This document shows, in pieces, positions 29,070-42,229 of a DNA stretch of 64,000 nucleotides; positions within the stretch are counted from its first letter, which is position 1, and every line of letters starts with the position of its first letter. The translations under genes and the position numbers were made by a program. Below the pieces are notes generated by a model, which had not been told where the DNA came from, made no database searches, and worked only from the letters and a program-made list of their open reading frames with translations. Source of the DNA: Paramecium tetraurelia (lineage: Eukaryota); assembly GCA_000165425.1 (NCBI GenBank), contig CT868665.1:124001-188000 (forward strand), given 5' to 3'.

Positions 29070-29919
29070 TCAATAAGTCCATTCTGATATTTTCTAATCT
29101 TCAAATATCCTATTTTCATTTTTGTCATTTGTTTAAACACTGAAATATTAGATTTACTTTGGAATATTTTTTAATTACCATGCTGACTATTATTATTTAT
29201 TAATTAACTATTTATTTTTTGTTAAATTCTTTTTTTCTTCAAATTTCTTCATTATTTCTTAAGCTCCTTATATCTTCTCTAAGCTTATAGAAAATAATTC
29301 ATTGATTGCATTATTATCTTGATTTGAAAGGAATTTATAAAAATCTTAGAATTTAATAACATTTTCATCATGCTTACTATATTCTTTAGTGACCAAAAAA
29401 TAGGTATAATGATCAACTGTAAGGTTTTTATTCTTACAAAATGATAAATATACATTAAAGTCAATTTAAAAATGTAATTACTATTTTATCTATTATAGTT
29501 CCATTAATTTTGTGCAATAAAATTAAAGAAGTTCAAAAACTCTTGCATTTATTAGTATTATGCGTTTAATTTTATATTCAACCTTCCTGAAAGTAACTTC
29601 TTATCTCAAAGTTGGATTATCTATTGATATAATCATGTCGAAAAAGCTAGTAATGATATATAATATTGTACTCTGAAAAGTTTAGATTGCCATCAAGATC
29701 GCTATCAAATACTTTAAATATCATCGCTATTCCTTGTACAGGCAAGGTTGGAAACTGATCTTAAAGTTAATTAATATTGAGGAGCATTGAATTATTAGTC
29801 AATATACTCCAATAACTATATGACTCAAAGTTCTCAAGTGAACATAAAGAGTGTTTAAGGTTCTCAGCTTCTTAACCTAATTAACTTAGAAAAATGAAAT
29901 ATTAATCCAAAGTGATCAT
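29070..29919 (-). CDS. EF-hand-containing protein
   Basis: Starts MITLDQYFIFLSQLGQEAENLK; EF loop FKVFDSDLDGNLNFSDF (across an intron); 3' end approximate. Confidence 0.62.
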
Positions 29920-29974
29920 ATAATAGTTTTTATATTAATTGTTATATAATGAGAATAAACTCAAATAAATCAGA

Positions 29975-31278
29975 TCAATATTCTTCCTCCTCTTCATAAT
30001 TATCATATTCACTATGACAACAACTATGGAAAAATGGACCGTACTCTGATATTAGATCATTGATATTACTCTCTGCCTCAGTGAATTCCATCTCATCCAT
30101 ACCAATATTTTAATAGGTATATACAAATGCCTTCCTTCTAAACATCTTGGTGAAGTCTCCTTAGTAATATTGCAGATATTTTTTAAATCCATTAGAATTT
30201 CCTAAAAATCCAACAATATTTTCATGATCTATATGCTAAACGGTTGTATGCACTCTGTAATGAGTATCAAGATCAGGGATTTAATAGATATTGTCTTTTC
30301 TAATTAATAACGATGGAGAATCAGGAATTTCAAAGCAATTACCTCTTAATTGGATTTGATAAGAGAGAAACTCACTTGGTAGGTTATTCTCAAAATTGCA
30401 CAACTTATATTATTTATTAAGAATATTAGTAATATTCCAATCTCTCTAATTGATGATCATGTAACTAGGTTAAAAAAAATGTAATCTTGGGAATGGTATC
30501 AAATTTAAAGTAAGTTTCTTCATTCCACCATTTAGAAATCCTGGAAATCTATATGAAGCAGTTGTCTAAATTAAACTCTCTGCCAGGATTTTGTTATAAA
30601 TATCATAATTTTATTCTAACATATTGATTTTACATATATGTTATAAAGCAACATTATCGTAAACTGTTACAATATCTACAATTTCAATCATTGAATTCAT
30701 AATAAATGCTGTATTATATATTTCTAAACAATTATGTGTAATTCCTTGTGAAAATATAGGATTGCAATGAACTATTTTAGTTGGGTCCTTTTCTCGAAAG
30801 TATTATATTAAATTAGATGCTATTCCTGAACCACTTCCTCCTCCAGTTGAAAAAAACATCATTATTCCTTACAACTTTCCTGATTCTTCAAAATACTTAT
30901 CTAAGATATGTTTGCATTTATCCATCAATTCAGCTCCTTCTGTATACCTGCCAACTGCATAATTATTACCACTTCCACAATTCCTTGAAAAACAACAATT
31001 TGGATCTATAATCACATCCTTCTATATAAATAATTTATCAATTGATTCTATTCATATGAAATAGTGGTACTTGGCTCTAAGTCTAGAAACAAACATCTAG
31101 GTAAGAACTGCTATCTAGAATTTTCATTAAAGAAAACATTTATTTTCTGCCTATTTCTATCTTGATTAATTAATTCTTAATGATTATTTAAACAATGATC
31201 ATAATTTAATTGTTTTATGAATTCTAGTCCTATACTTATTCCACATTATCCAATTCCTATAATAATAATTTCTTGCAT
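29975..31278 (-). CDS. Highly divergent beta-like tubulin, 426 aa, one 23-nt intron (31048-31070)
   Basis: [40 protein letters not shown], the tubulin signature [29 protein letters not shown] and [29 protein letters not shown]; ends EEEEEY*. Confidence 0.93.
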
Positions 31279-31355
31279 GTAAAATATATAAAATCTGATT
31301 TTACATTTAAATGATAAATATATATATATCTAATTAAAACTAATTATTTTGATAT

Positions 31356-33122
31356 TCAGTTATTAATCCAATCATCATTATCGTTTTGTGGCCATTGTTT
31401 AAGAAAAATGGATTAAGTTTTTCAATTATGCCAACTTCTTTTGCTAATTACATGTCATCTTAATCATTTCTGGCATCTCAGTAATTATTAAGTATTTATC
31501 AGCATTCTAATTTTTAATCAAATTTGTCTACTTTAATGATTGACTCCAAAACAGACCCAATTTAATCCTTTAAGCCCTTTTTCTTTTTATAGCAATCTTT
31601 AAATTATCTGCAGAATGCTTCTTAATTTGTAATCTTTTCTTGAATTATATATAAAAAATGAATGTTTCTTTATAACTTTAGTTTCAATTTTATTTCCAAT
31701 TTTATTTATATTATCTCACAATCTGATGCATTTAACTAATAAAATCAACTAATTACACTCATTTTATTCAATTGACTCTCACAATCTTTTAATGAACATT
31801 ATGATATATGTCTAATTGAATCTTCTTTAATATTCAAAATATTCTGTTGCACATTTAAATCTTGCAAACTGCAAAATTGATTTTCGAAAGATTTCAAAGC
31901 ACCAATGACTTTTACAACGAATTATAAAAAAAAATCACTTGGCTTACGTACGATATACACTACAATAGACTATAAGATTAGTTATTCAAATTACATCTTA
32001 GTTTTCTGGGCATTTTTTATCCTAATTCAAAGCTTAATTGATTTTCATCAACTGATCTTCAGCCACTCTATGAGTATCAAATATAGCTGAAATTTCATTA
32101 CTATTAAAAGGATAAGATTTATATAAATTTTTTATGGATTTGCATAGAATTTAAATGAAAAATACTTATGTATGCCTCAATAAATCTTAATATAAATCCT
32201 CATTTACAAACTATTTACGATGAATAATTTGATCAAATCTATTACCATTTTTTTATTAAAAAGCCTAAGATTTCTTATTTTCTGACATCAAAATTTGCTA
32301 ATCAACTTTTGAATTAATTTCCAAATATTTTTAATTTCTAATAGTATAATAAGGCTCATAATTTTGATCATATACTTTTTGCTTCTAAACCAGAATACAA
32401 ACCTACTTTGAACATCTTTTAAAGCAGTTAAATTACTCTTAAAGTATACTTAGTTAAAAGAACTTTTTATTTTATTATTTACTCAAAAAAAAGTTTTAAT
32501 TTTCAACACTGTTTAACTAGTTTTGAAGTGGAAAAATCTCTTCATTTATTGGATTTATCTTTTATTTTATTTCATTTCTTTATGATTCAAGTTGATTTAA
32601 TTCTTGAGCTAGCTTCTCTACAATTATTTTTTGAGAATTGATGCAATCTTTCATTTTATCTGCCAAAAATTAAATTTTTTATGCATTTTCTAATTCTATT
32701 CCAATCTAAGGATAATATAGTTATCCACTATAGGCTGTTAATTAATTATTCTCAATTCTTATTTATATCAAAAAATCCATTTAACAACTCATCAATTCAA
32801 AATAATCAAAAAGAGGTTGAAAGGCTTTCTAATTATTTTCTTCATTGTTTATAGATTCTAATTAAGAATGTAATCGAATTAGTTCACTTATTTAATATTA
32901 TTATTCTTCAGTTTCAGTTTCTCCGCATAATTTTGCCTTTACTGATTTGAATCTTGACTGAAATTTTGGGTAAGTTTTTTAAATTTCTACATTATACAGA
33001 TTAGGAAGTGAATTCAAGTTGTTTTAATTTTCCTGTTAATTCCATTTGGTTATTGATTTTGAATTTCTTTCTTATACTTTTAAAGTAGGTCTATCTTTGG
33101 TCTGAGATTTTTTTTCTAGCAT
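31356..33122 (-). CDS. Hypothetical coiled-coil protein
   Basis: ATG MLEKKSQTKDRPTLK; long K/E/Q-rich code-6 frame; ends NDDWINN*; not every codon was checked. Confidence 0.58.
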
Positions 33123-33216
33123 TTTAATTTTTAATAATTCGTAAATTAAATGTAATAATTCATTTATTGATTAAATAAAATAAAAATTTTATATATAGAT
33201 ATTTATAATCAACATT

Positions 33217-36200
33217 TCATGACATTGACTCTCTTTTGGATTATTATTAATTTGTAAAGTTTTTACTTAACCTCGGTTTCTATTTATATACCTTGGCTTA
33301 TTCCTTAATATAAATAAGTTTTTCTGGTTCTCCTTAATTATATCTAGTAAACGAGAGAGAACTTTCTGCTAATTTTATCTAGATTTATATTTTCATTTAC
33401 TTCAAAGTTTATTTTTTGTAGCATAGATTGAGTAAATTTAAACAAAGGAGATTATTCCTCCAAATTCTAATATAGATAACTTTGTAATTTCATTAATTTG
33501 CCAAAATCAAGTGACATTTTAACGTTGTAAACAATTAATTTACAAGCATCCTTAAATTTCCAAGGAATTTATCCACAATTTTAATCAAAGCTAGGTAGAT
33601 CAATTACTGGTTGAATTATATCTAGAAATTAGCTATGATATTACCTGCAAATAATAGTTATCCACATCCTTATATTTCAGAGAATTAATAATTAACTTAA
33701 ACATTTTAAAAATTTCCATTTACATTAATTACACAAAATTCTCCATCTCCCTAATTTTTCTCTTTATAATCGATTAATAAATTATCTTCTTTTGGTTCCA
33801 ATAAGATATCATCTTATATATCTGGCATCTTTAAACTTATCTTTTGCTTTTTTAAATCTAAGTTTGCTTCATCAAATGTTACTATGATAAGATTTGATCC
33901 TATCGATGATTAAGGTACTATGAATTATGAATTTTCTATAGAAATTTTATAATTAAAACTATCCTTTTCTTTAATGAAATCTTCTTCTTATTTAATTTAT
34001 AATTATAGATCAAAATCCTTTTGGTATCTGTCCTTTAATTCATTTAAGTTTTTTTCTAAGATTTCCTCTATTCTTTATTTAAAAGCTTCTAATTCTTTAA
34101 TGTATCTTGAAATCAAATAAAATTTAACATTTTTAAGAGTTATAATTTTATTTTCTAATTTAAAAATAAAAAGCTATTAATTATCAATAGGTTCTATTAG
34201 ATTTTAATAAAGTTATTATTCATTGTTATTTTGAGGTTTCATTTCAACTTAAGACAATGACAATACTAAATTAGTTTAGTTTTTTTTCTTCATTTGTATT
34301 TGATGAAATTAAAATAAAAAAAAGTCTTGCTCTTGATCCTATAATTTAATAATTAAGGAATCGATTAATAAATCAATAGCATATTTATATGATTTTTTCT
34401 AATTGTTAGCATTTTTAACAAATAAATTTATTCCAATAGACTTCTCTTTTTATTCATTAATAAATAGTTCTTATTAAAAAATATACTTTATTAAGTGTTA
34501 TTTCAAAGATATTGACTCCTCAATATTGATTAAATAGAAACTGTTTATGGCAATCAATAAATCTTAAATCTTTTATTAAGAAAGTATGATTTTAGCTTAT
34601 TCAATTTGTAACTTTACAAGAGGGTAGGAATTCTAAAATGATAAATTGATATGCAAGGCGTATGATGCTCTTTAAGTTCCTGTTTCTTTCCCTGGCATAA
34701 CTAATAGATTTTCTTTTTACCTTCCCATAATACTGATTTAAATATCATCAACTGATAAACTTAGTTCATCCTTTTATTTGGTTACATTTATAATTTTGAT
34801 ATCTATTTATGATACCTAGTTAAAATTAAATTTAATGAAATCACATCTTATTATTTAATCTTCATCATAAGAATTGACTGATTATCTATTTTTCTATTAT
34901 TATACGCTTGAATTCATGGCTGGATAGAAGCTTTAAAATGATCTCTTTTAAAGAGAGTTTCCTCTAACTTTGCCCATCAAATGCACTTAAATAAATGCTC
35001 TTAATTAACTTAATTTAAAGAAGGTTTCATTAGATTTCAAATATATATTCTAAATTAGAGCACAAACGATTACATCATTGAGATGTTTTAATGGATTTTA
35101 TTTCAATTTTAACTTTTCTTTTTCTTATCTAATTAGATCTTTATTAGTTAAATTAAATGCATTCTCTTAAACATTTTTTATTGTTAAAATATTTTTTAAT
35201 ATTGTGATAAGATTATAAGTTGCAAACTAATTACTGAAGATCGCTTTTATATTGTCAATTGCAAAAAAGATTTTTGTTTTTGAATTCTTCTCCTTGAAAT
35301 AATCATCTATTACACAAGAAAGCAAATGAGATCTTAAGGGTATATGACAATAGTATAACATATAAATAGCATCTTCAAAATAATTATTAGAAGAAAGATG
35401 ATCTGATTATTACATAAACTCTTTGTCTTTATCTTTATCATCATATTGTATAAATTCTTAATTGAACATTTCAATTTCTTTACTTCTGCAATAAAATACA
35501 AATTTATCATCAAGTTTATCTCCTAACGTATGGGATTCTTGGACTAATAAAGATGGTTGGAATATGATATTGTTTATATCAGGATTATTTTCATTGATTT
35601 CATCTTAAGAATATTACTGAAGTTATTTTTTTGGCACTATTTCTTTAAGAGATTTGTTCCTCTCTAATTATGGATGCTGAATATGATCTAATTTATTAAA
35701 ACTACTTTGATGGGATGCATCGCTACCTTATGGGGTTTTCTTACAATGAATAGCAACAGTATCTTTAAAATATCCTTTGTCGTGAGTGATGATAAATAAT
35801 GGCATTTCAACAACTGTAATATAACAAGTACTTTTTGTGGATTTTGGTGTACTAGCAAATTGGATTCTAATTCCATGAATTTTTGTATTTTCTTTCAATT
35901 CTTAGGCAAAAGATTTCTCATTTGAAGAATCTTTCGTCATTCTCTCTAATTATCTTTGAATTATCAATTTATTTTCATATTCAAACAGTGTAAACAAATT
36001 AATTTCATTATTAATTTTTGGAACTGGACCAAAAACTATGTTTTTTAAATAAAGACTCTTCCTATATTTTATTATGCAATGTTTGCAATCCTTCTTTTAT
36101 TTTTTATGATCGTTTAATAACAATTGCAACTCTGCCTTTATTAAACTATCTTTGCTCATTGAATATCTAACATCAGAATATTACTTTTGATATCCTCTAT

Positions 36201-37868
36201 TCAATTTCTTGTTCAATATCATTAATAGTTCTATAAAGCAAATCTAAGAATCATTTATTTATAAGTCTAATGATGGAAATTATATATATAGTTTTCTATC
36301 AGTCAATAAAGGGTGATTTTATATAAATGAGTCTAATTAAAAAGAAATCAATTAAGTTTTTAAAATTTAAGATTTAATACCAGATATTTTGCTTTAAGAT
36401 TTTATGTTCGTTTAGCTGGGTAAATTTGATGATATCTTTTATTCTTAATTTAAGGTGGCCGAATGTTTAATTTGATGTGAGGGAAAGCCTTGGCGAATTG
36501 GATTTTTATTTTATTAGTTTTGAGAAGGGGAGTTTAGTTATTCTCTTCCATTCCTTTATCCTTACATTTATTTTTCATAATTTTTCATCTCCTCATTGTA
36601 ATATTTATAATCTATTGAAAAGTATTTGTGTGCAACCTAAATTTGTTCAATTACTGCCTTTTTAATAGAGTAATACCTTTGTTAAAGAATGAAAGTAGAT
36701 TTATGTTATTAATTAAATTCTTATAAATAACATTGATATTCTTTATCATCTAAATTGACTGTTTAAATTAGAATATTTTTTAATTGAAATTTTATTTCTG
36801 TTTTAATCTTACTAGAAATTGAATCAGAAACTATTTTTACTTTTAATTTTCCATCCATTCTTAAGGAAAACTTCCATTAGGGCTATATCTAAGCCTCTTT
36901 ATTTAATGGTTTGCTTTTTACAATGCATTCTAGGAGTTTGTGATCTTCTTTGCATTATTGATATGCAGGGGACTTAAATATTTCTTATTTCTAATGTTAA
37001 ATAAAATCTAATAAAGAAGTAACCGTTTTTGTAGATAACAGTGTTTAAAAAGGGTGAAACTAAATCATTATTTCGCTAATTTAAGTCTATTGGATTGGAA
37101 TGGTGCCTTCTTTTTATAATCCTTTCTTTTAATCACTATTTGAAATGATTCTATATTCAGATTATTCCCCTTGTAGATATATATATACTTATAAAGTGCA
37201 AACTTCTTTTTATTTTAATTAAGAAATATTTGGAAATGTTAATTTGTCCTTTAAATTATAAATACAAATTGGGAGAAGAATTTCACCATATTCTTCAATA
37301 AAGGGAATAAATAATACTCTTCTGATTATGTCTACAAGCTTATTATGGGCATCCGATATGAATACACTTTTATCATTATTCTCTCCCTAGACCCAATTGT
37401 TTTGCTTATCTTTTTCAAAAGAGGATATTGCGGTATTTCTTATAAATTCCCATCTTTTTTCAACATATTACTATTTCGATATATGAATAAAGCAATTGTC
37501 TTCTTATTCTAATCTATCATCAAAATATTTATCATATAATTTAAATTACTCCATTGTAAAATCTTAGAAATTATTCTTATCTCTTTCATAATCATCAAAA
37601 AATGATTTAACATTACCCATCAAATTTTATTTTAAAAATTCTCCCAACAATTGATAGCAGAGTTCACTATTTAGAAATTGCTATGAGTCATTAGTAATTG
37701 AAATTTCAAAAATTTCATTAAAGAAATCTGAATATTTTATGTGGGACGTTTTTTGGTTAGTATCAGATTATTCCTTTTTAGTATTTTATGATTATTAACA
37801 TTATGATTATGATAAAAATTATTATTATTATTATTATTACTATTACTGTGATAATAATAATGATTATG

Positions 37869-37936
<68 letters not shown>

Positions 37937-40101
37937 GATTATTACTATTATTATTACTATTATTGCTATTATTATTGCTAAATTTAAAACGATGTGAGAT
38001 TCCTTAATGAATTAGTTTATTAATTAATATCAGAAAATAAAGGGGATTATATATTTTTCTTATCAATTTCTTCCATTACTTTTAACAACATCCCAGGTGC
38101 AATTATTCTAATATCTCCTATATAAATTTTATCTAAAGGCTCTTTTGATTTTTTTATAGATGGAGTCTAAATTGCTCCATTTTAATAGATAAATAATGGC
38201 ACTCTAATACCAATAAAATTAATCATTAACACAAATTTTTGATGTTATTGTTGATCATTTGATTATTTCAAATCAGTACTATTGCATTTTTCTAAACTAT
38301 TGGAGGATTAAGAAACCATAGATCCTACTCCATTTAAATCTTCTATGTCTTCATAAAAACTGTCTACTTCTTTAGCTGTATGAAATGACTTCTCTTCATT
38401 TTATTTCTAAGCATCTTAGTATACTTAATTAAATGTATTGATATGGGATGATTATCTTGATTTTTTTCTAGAATAAGCTGCCTTTTTTAACAAACGAATA
38501 TGATATTTACACTGACAAAATTAAAATATCTTTGTATTTTCAGGAGTATATTTGACATAATTTGCAGTCCTTAATTCAAATAATAAAATAAAAATAGAAT
38601 GTATATCTAAAGTAAATTAAATTTTGATCTAATCAGGATGATTATTTTCTCCTTTTAAATAACTTGATAAGACATTTGTTTTATCTCTTTCTAAAATCTC
38701 ATACAAACTAATTTTTTCATCACCTTCCAATTCAATTGGTATATCATCATTGCGTTTAGTGTGATCCTTAAAAGAATTTTGATTATTTATGGTATTAGTC
38801 CAAATTTCCAGTAATGGCTTAACACTCTATTTATTTTATCCATCTTTTGATGAGTTATAATATCTTTTCGCTTCTATTCGAATTTCTTGAAAAGCCCATT
38901 CCCTATATTTTAATAAGTCCTTTAAGGATAGATCTTCTTCGCACTTAGCTATTTTATATTCATCTTTGGCCGTCCATGATGATAGCCATGGAACTAAAAT
39001 AATTGTTTACTTTCTTTTATACAATTCTATATATCGTTTCATCAGTACAAGCTTTTTGGATGAATAACCTAAGTCTAATTTTTTACTTTTCTGTTTAAGA
39101 ATTATAGATTTGATAAAATATTTCCACCATTCTGAATATGCATTTTTGATATCTTTGGTTGGCCTTAAATGAAAATTATCCTAAATCACTTCTTAACTTG
39201 ATAGTGCTTCATTTAATTTAATTAAATATTCTTTTTATTCTTTATTCAATTGAATAATTATTGGAGATTTTACTACAATTGATATAACTTAGATTGGCTG
39301 AGTTAGCTATTCATAATTTCTATTAAGCGTATATTTGATTTCAATATCTATTGGAGTTAGAATCATCTAGTCATCTTTTTTTTACAAAACGGAAGTAGGA
39401 TCATTTTTATAAGAGATGCTTAGCTTTTTGATTTCAATTAACTTATAGGTACAATTAACATCACTATTGAACAATTATTTAAAGTCCTTGTCCGTTGCCT
39501 TTATTTACGCATCAAATTTAACTCGCAACATAGTTTCATGACCAAATATTGAATGATTAGAGAATCTTAGAGAAAACTACTTAATTGTTATTGTTAAATT
39601 ATTGTATATTCCATCGACAATTTTTTATATCCAATTTGGTGGAGATAGTTTTTCAAAATATTTTGCCATTTGTTCTTCCCACAATTTAAGTTTATGTTTC
39701 TTCAAATTATCAATTCCTTGAGTCTAACTATCTTTGTTCTATGCAGATTAGTTGGCCTCTTATATAGTACAAACATGCAAGTCAATTCCTTCTATTATCA
39801 TTTCTGGTTGCTGTTTTTTGTAATTTAAAGGCATCTTTAAACAATAAAATTAATGAAACTTACATTGAGAGTAATCTAATTGATTTTCCCATCCTTTATG
39901 TATAATGGAAATTTAAAATTTAGTAATGCTTGCTTTTTGATGCATAAATTCTTGAGCACAATATTAGACGATAGACCCAAAGAAAACTTAAAATAAGGGA
40001 CTCATTACTTTAGCCATATTGTTTTATGAAAAATCTTACAAATATTCTAAAAGATAAGATTAAAGCCTTTTAATAAAATATTCTTCAATATCCTTAGCCA
40101 T
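33217..40101 (-). CDS. Chorein-N (VPS13/ATG2-superfamily) bridge-like lipid transfer protein, about 2250 aa, with a poly-Gln insert
   Basis: The N-terminus LQSYLLEYLQDF..FSLGLSSNIVLKNLCIKKQALLNFKFPLYIKDGKINQITLNMPL..IIEGIDLHV..IYNNLTITIKQFSLRF has the Chorein-N layout. The frame was spot-checked as open through about 6.9 kb; ends SKRESMS*. Confidence 0.75.
37790..37980 (-). repeat. (TAA)n trinucleotide tract encoding poly-Gln inside the Chorein-N gene
   Basis: In frame with flanking coding sequence; 22 consecutive TAA codons at 37870-37935, flanked by TAG/CAA/TCA variants. Confidence 0.9.
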
Positions 40102-40283
40102 TTAACTTATTTAATTTAATCATATAATAAGTAAGAAATGGAAGAGATTCATTTATTCAAATAAATAGAAATAAAAATGAATTCTCTTTGTATGTAATAA
40201 ACCATGTAAAACATAAGATGCAATTTTTAAACAAACATTTTAAATTTAACCATGAAAATGATGAAACATGATATATTAATACT

Positions 40284-41153
40284 TCATTTTGGATATAGAA
40301 TGTCATAATGTCCAGGCCTGTATAAAAGATTAATAAATATAGATTTTGAATCTGCATCCTCTGGAATTTAAAAAATAGTGGCATCAAAAGTGGAAACATT
40401 TCCATCCAAATAGAATATCCTGATTGGAATTTGCAAATAGTTCTGCAACGCGATGATTTACATCTTTATTATAAATTTCTTATTACTTAATCTGCTTCCC
40501 TGTCAATAGGATCAACTTCTTATTAACAAAATAATTCAACAGTTCCTGTTTCTATGTATCCTTCAAATAAGAATGAATTTGCTTTTATATATCCAGATGT
40601 CATCATTCTCATATACATAATAAGATAGTCTGAGGTCACTTTATTGCAAAATGCATCAACTATTCCTTAAATAGTAATGTTGTTTGGACATAATTTTATT
40701 TATTTCATTATTTCCTACATAAATTTTCTTGCTTACGTCATAAAAATCATCAATTACAATTTATTCATACCCAACAGCCGTTAAATCTGCTTTTGAATTG
40801 GCAATTATAGTGCTAAACTTATCTAAAATTTGCTAATCTTTGGATTCTATGATATATTCAAATATTCTAAACAGAACTGCTCTATAAAAGCAGCTGCCAT
40901 CCCTCCTCACTCTTCTGAATTATGGATATGATTATCGGATTTTCTAAAATTCCTTTCAATCACTTACTTGAATCTTTTGAAGAAACCCTTAATTTTGTAA
41001 ATATTCTGATTCTAAAATTTATAGTTCTATTGGTTAAGTAATAATGAATGGATCTTGGGCTTCTATTTCATTTTTTATTTGATCCAATTACTATATGTGC
41101 TATTCATACAATTCTTAATGATATGCATATTGGTTAGATTATTATTAACTCAT
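40284..41153 (-). CDS. Otubain (OTUB1-like, peptidase C65) deubiquitinase; 3 introns
   Basis: Catalytic Cys box FRRVRRDGSCFYRA, then SDYLIMYMRMMTSGYI, FCQQEVDP and the His box LLYRPGHYDILY. Confidence 0.93.
40944..40967 (-). other. 24-nt spliceosomal intron (3n) carrying an in-frame TGA
   Basis: GTAAGTGATTGAAAGGAATTTTAG; unspliced it reads GTA AGT GAT TGA; splicing gives QKIQ|KIRQSYPQFRRVR. Confidence 0.8.
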
Positions 41154-42229
41154 TATTATTATTTATTATTTTGTATAAATTATTATTCAAATCCTATTTC
41201 AATTTCTCTATTCATCTTATTAGTTTCCATTAAACAATTTTCACTGTATCGAGAATTCCCTCGTGTTTTTCTGAAGATAAAACATTCACTTAAATCTATA
41301 AGCCTACTGAATATAACTTTTTTAATTAAATATTCCTTTACCCAGAGCACATCCTATTATACTAAATTATTGGAGTTAATAACATAAAAATTGTTACTAC
41401 TTTTTTTTATTTAAATAAAATGCTTCCTTAATTCAAAAATTTAAGAGTTCTTTTATCTTTCATCGATATCCAGAATCTATCATCTATATACTAATACTAA
41501 TTCACTATAAGTTGAATTCTTTGTAATATAATATCTATTTGAGGTCATTTAAATCTGAAGAATTTAAAGAACAATATAGATTAAATACTAATATTAAAGT
41601 AAGGAGGTTTAAGAAACACATAAGTTTCGAATAAACTATCTAATAATTATAAAAATAAACAACATTAAAGATTTTAGAAATATAAAAGCAAATTTAGTAA
41701 GAAAAAAATAATAAATGAGGGTAGCATTTTACAAATTTTCAAAAAAAGAAATAAATACTCTCTTTAATTGAATACATCAATTATTTGTAATTAATAAAAC
41801 TTAGTTCAATTCTCGTCATATTTTTGCTAATTTAAGTGCTAAATGGAAATATATTTCTGATTAAAATATAATCTAATTTTCTGATTTTAAATTTAATGCT
41901 TTTTATAATTACATATCAGACTAAATTATTTTAAACAATTAAAACTGTAAAGTAAACTCTTAAATTTACTTTCTCAGAATTATTTTATTGTTTGGTCCTA
42001 ACAATCTTACATTCTATTCTTTAATATTTGTAAATTAATTCCACACCTTTATAAGTTAACTTTATTTCTTTAACAACATTATTTAAACTTAATTAGACAA
42101 CTTTTATAAATTTTATTTTTTATTAATAAAAGATGCATTAGTCATACATTATCGTAATGAAGAATTTAGAATATTAAACAAATTGTTATTATGAGATTTT
42201 AGTTTTCATTTTTAACTATAATTATTCTA

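Noticed and set aside
37788..37997. Poly-Ile ORF in the supplied track
   Set aside because: It is the antisense reading of the (TAA)n poly-Gln tract in the Chorein-N gene.
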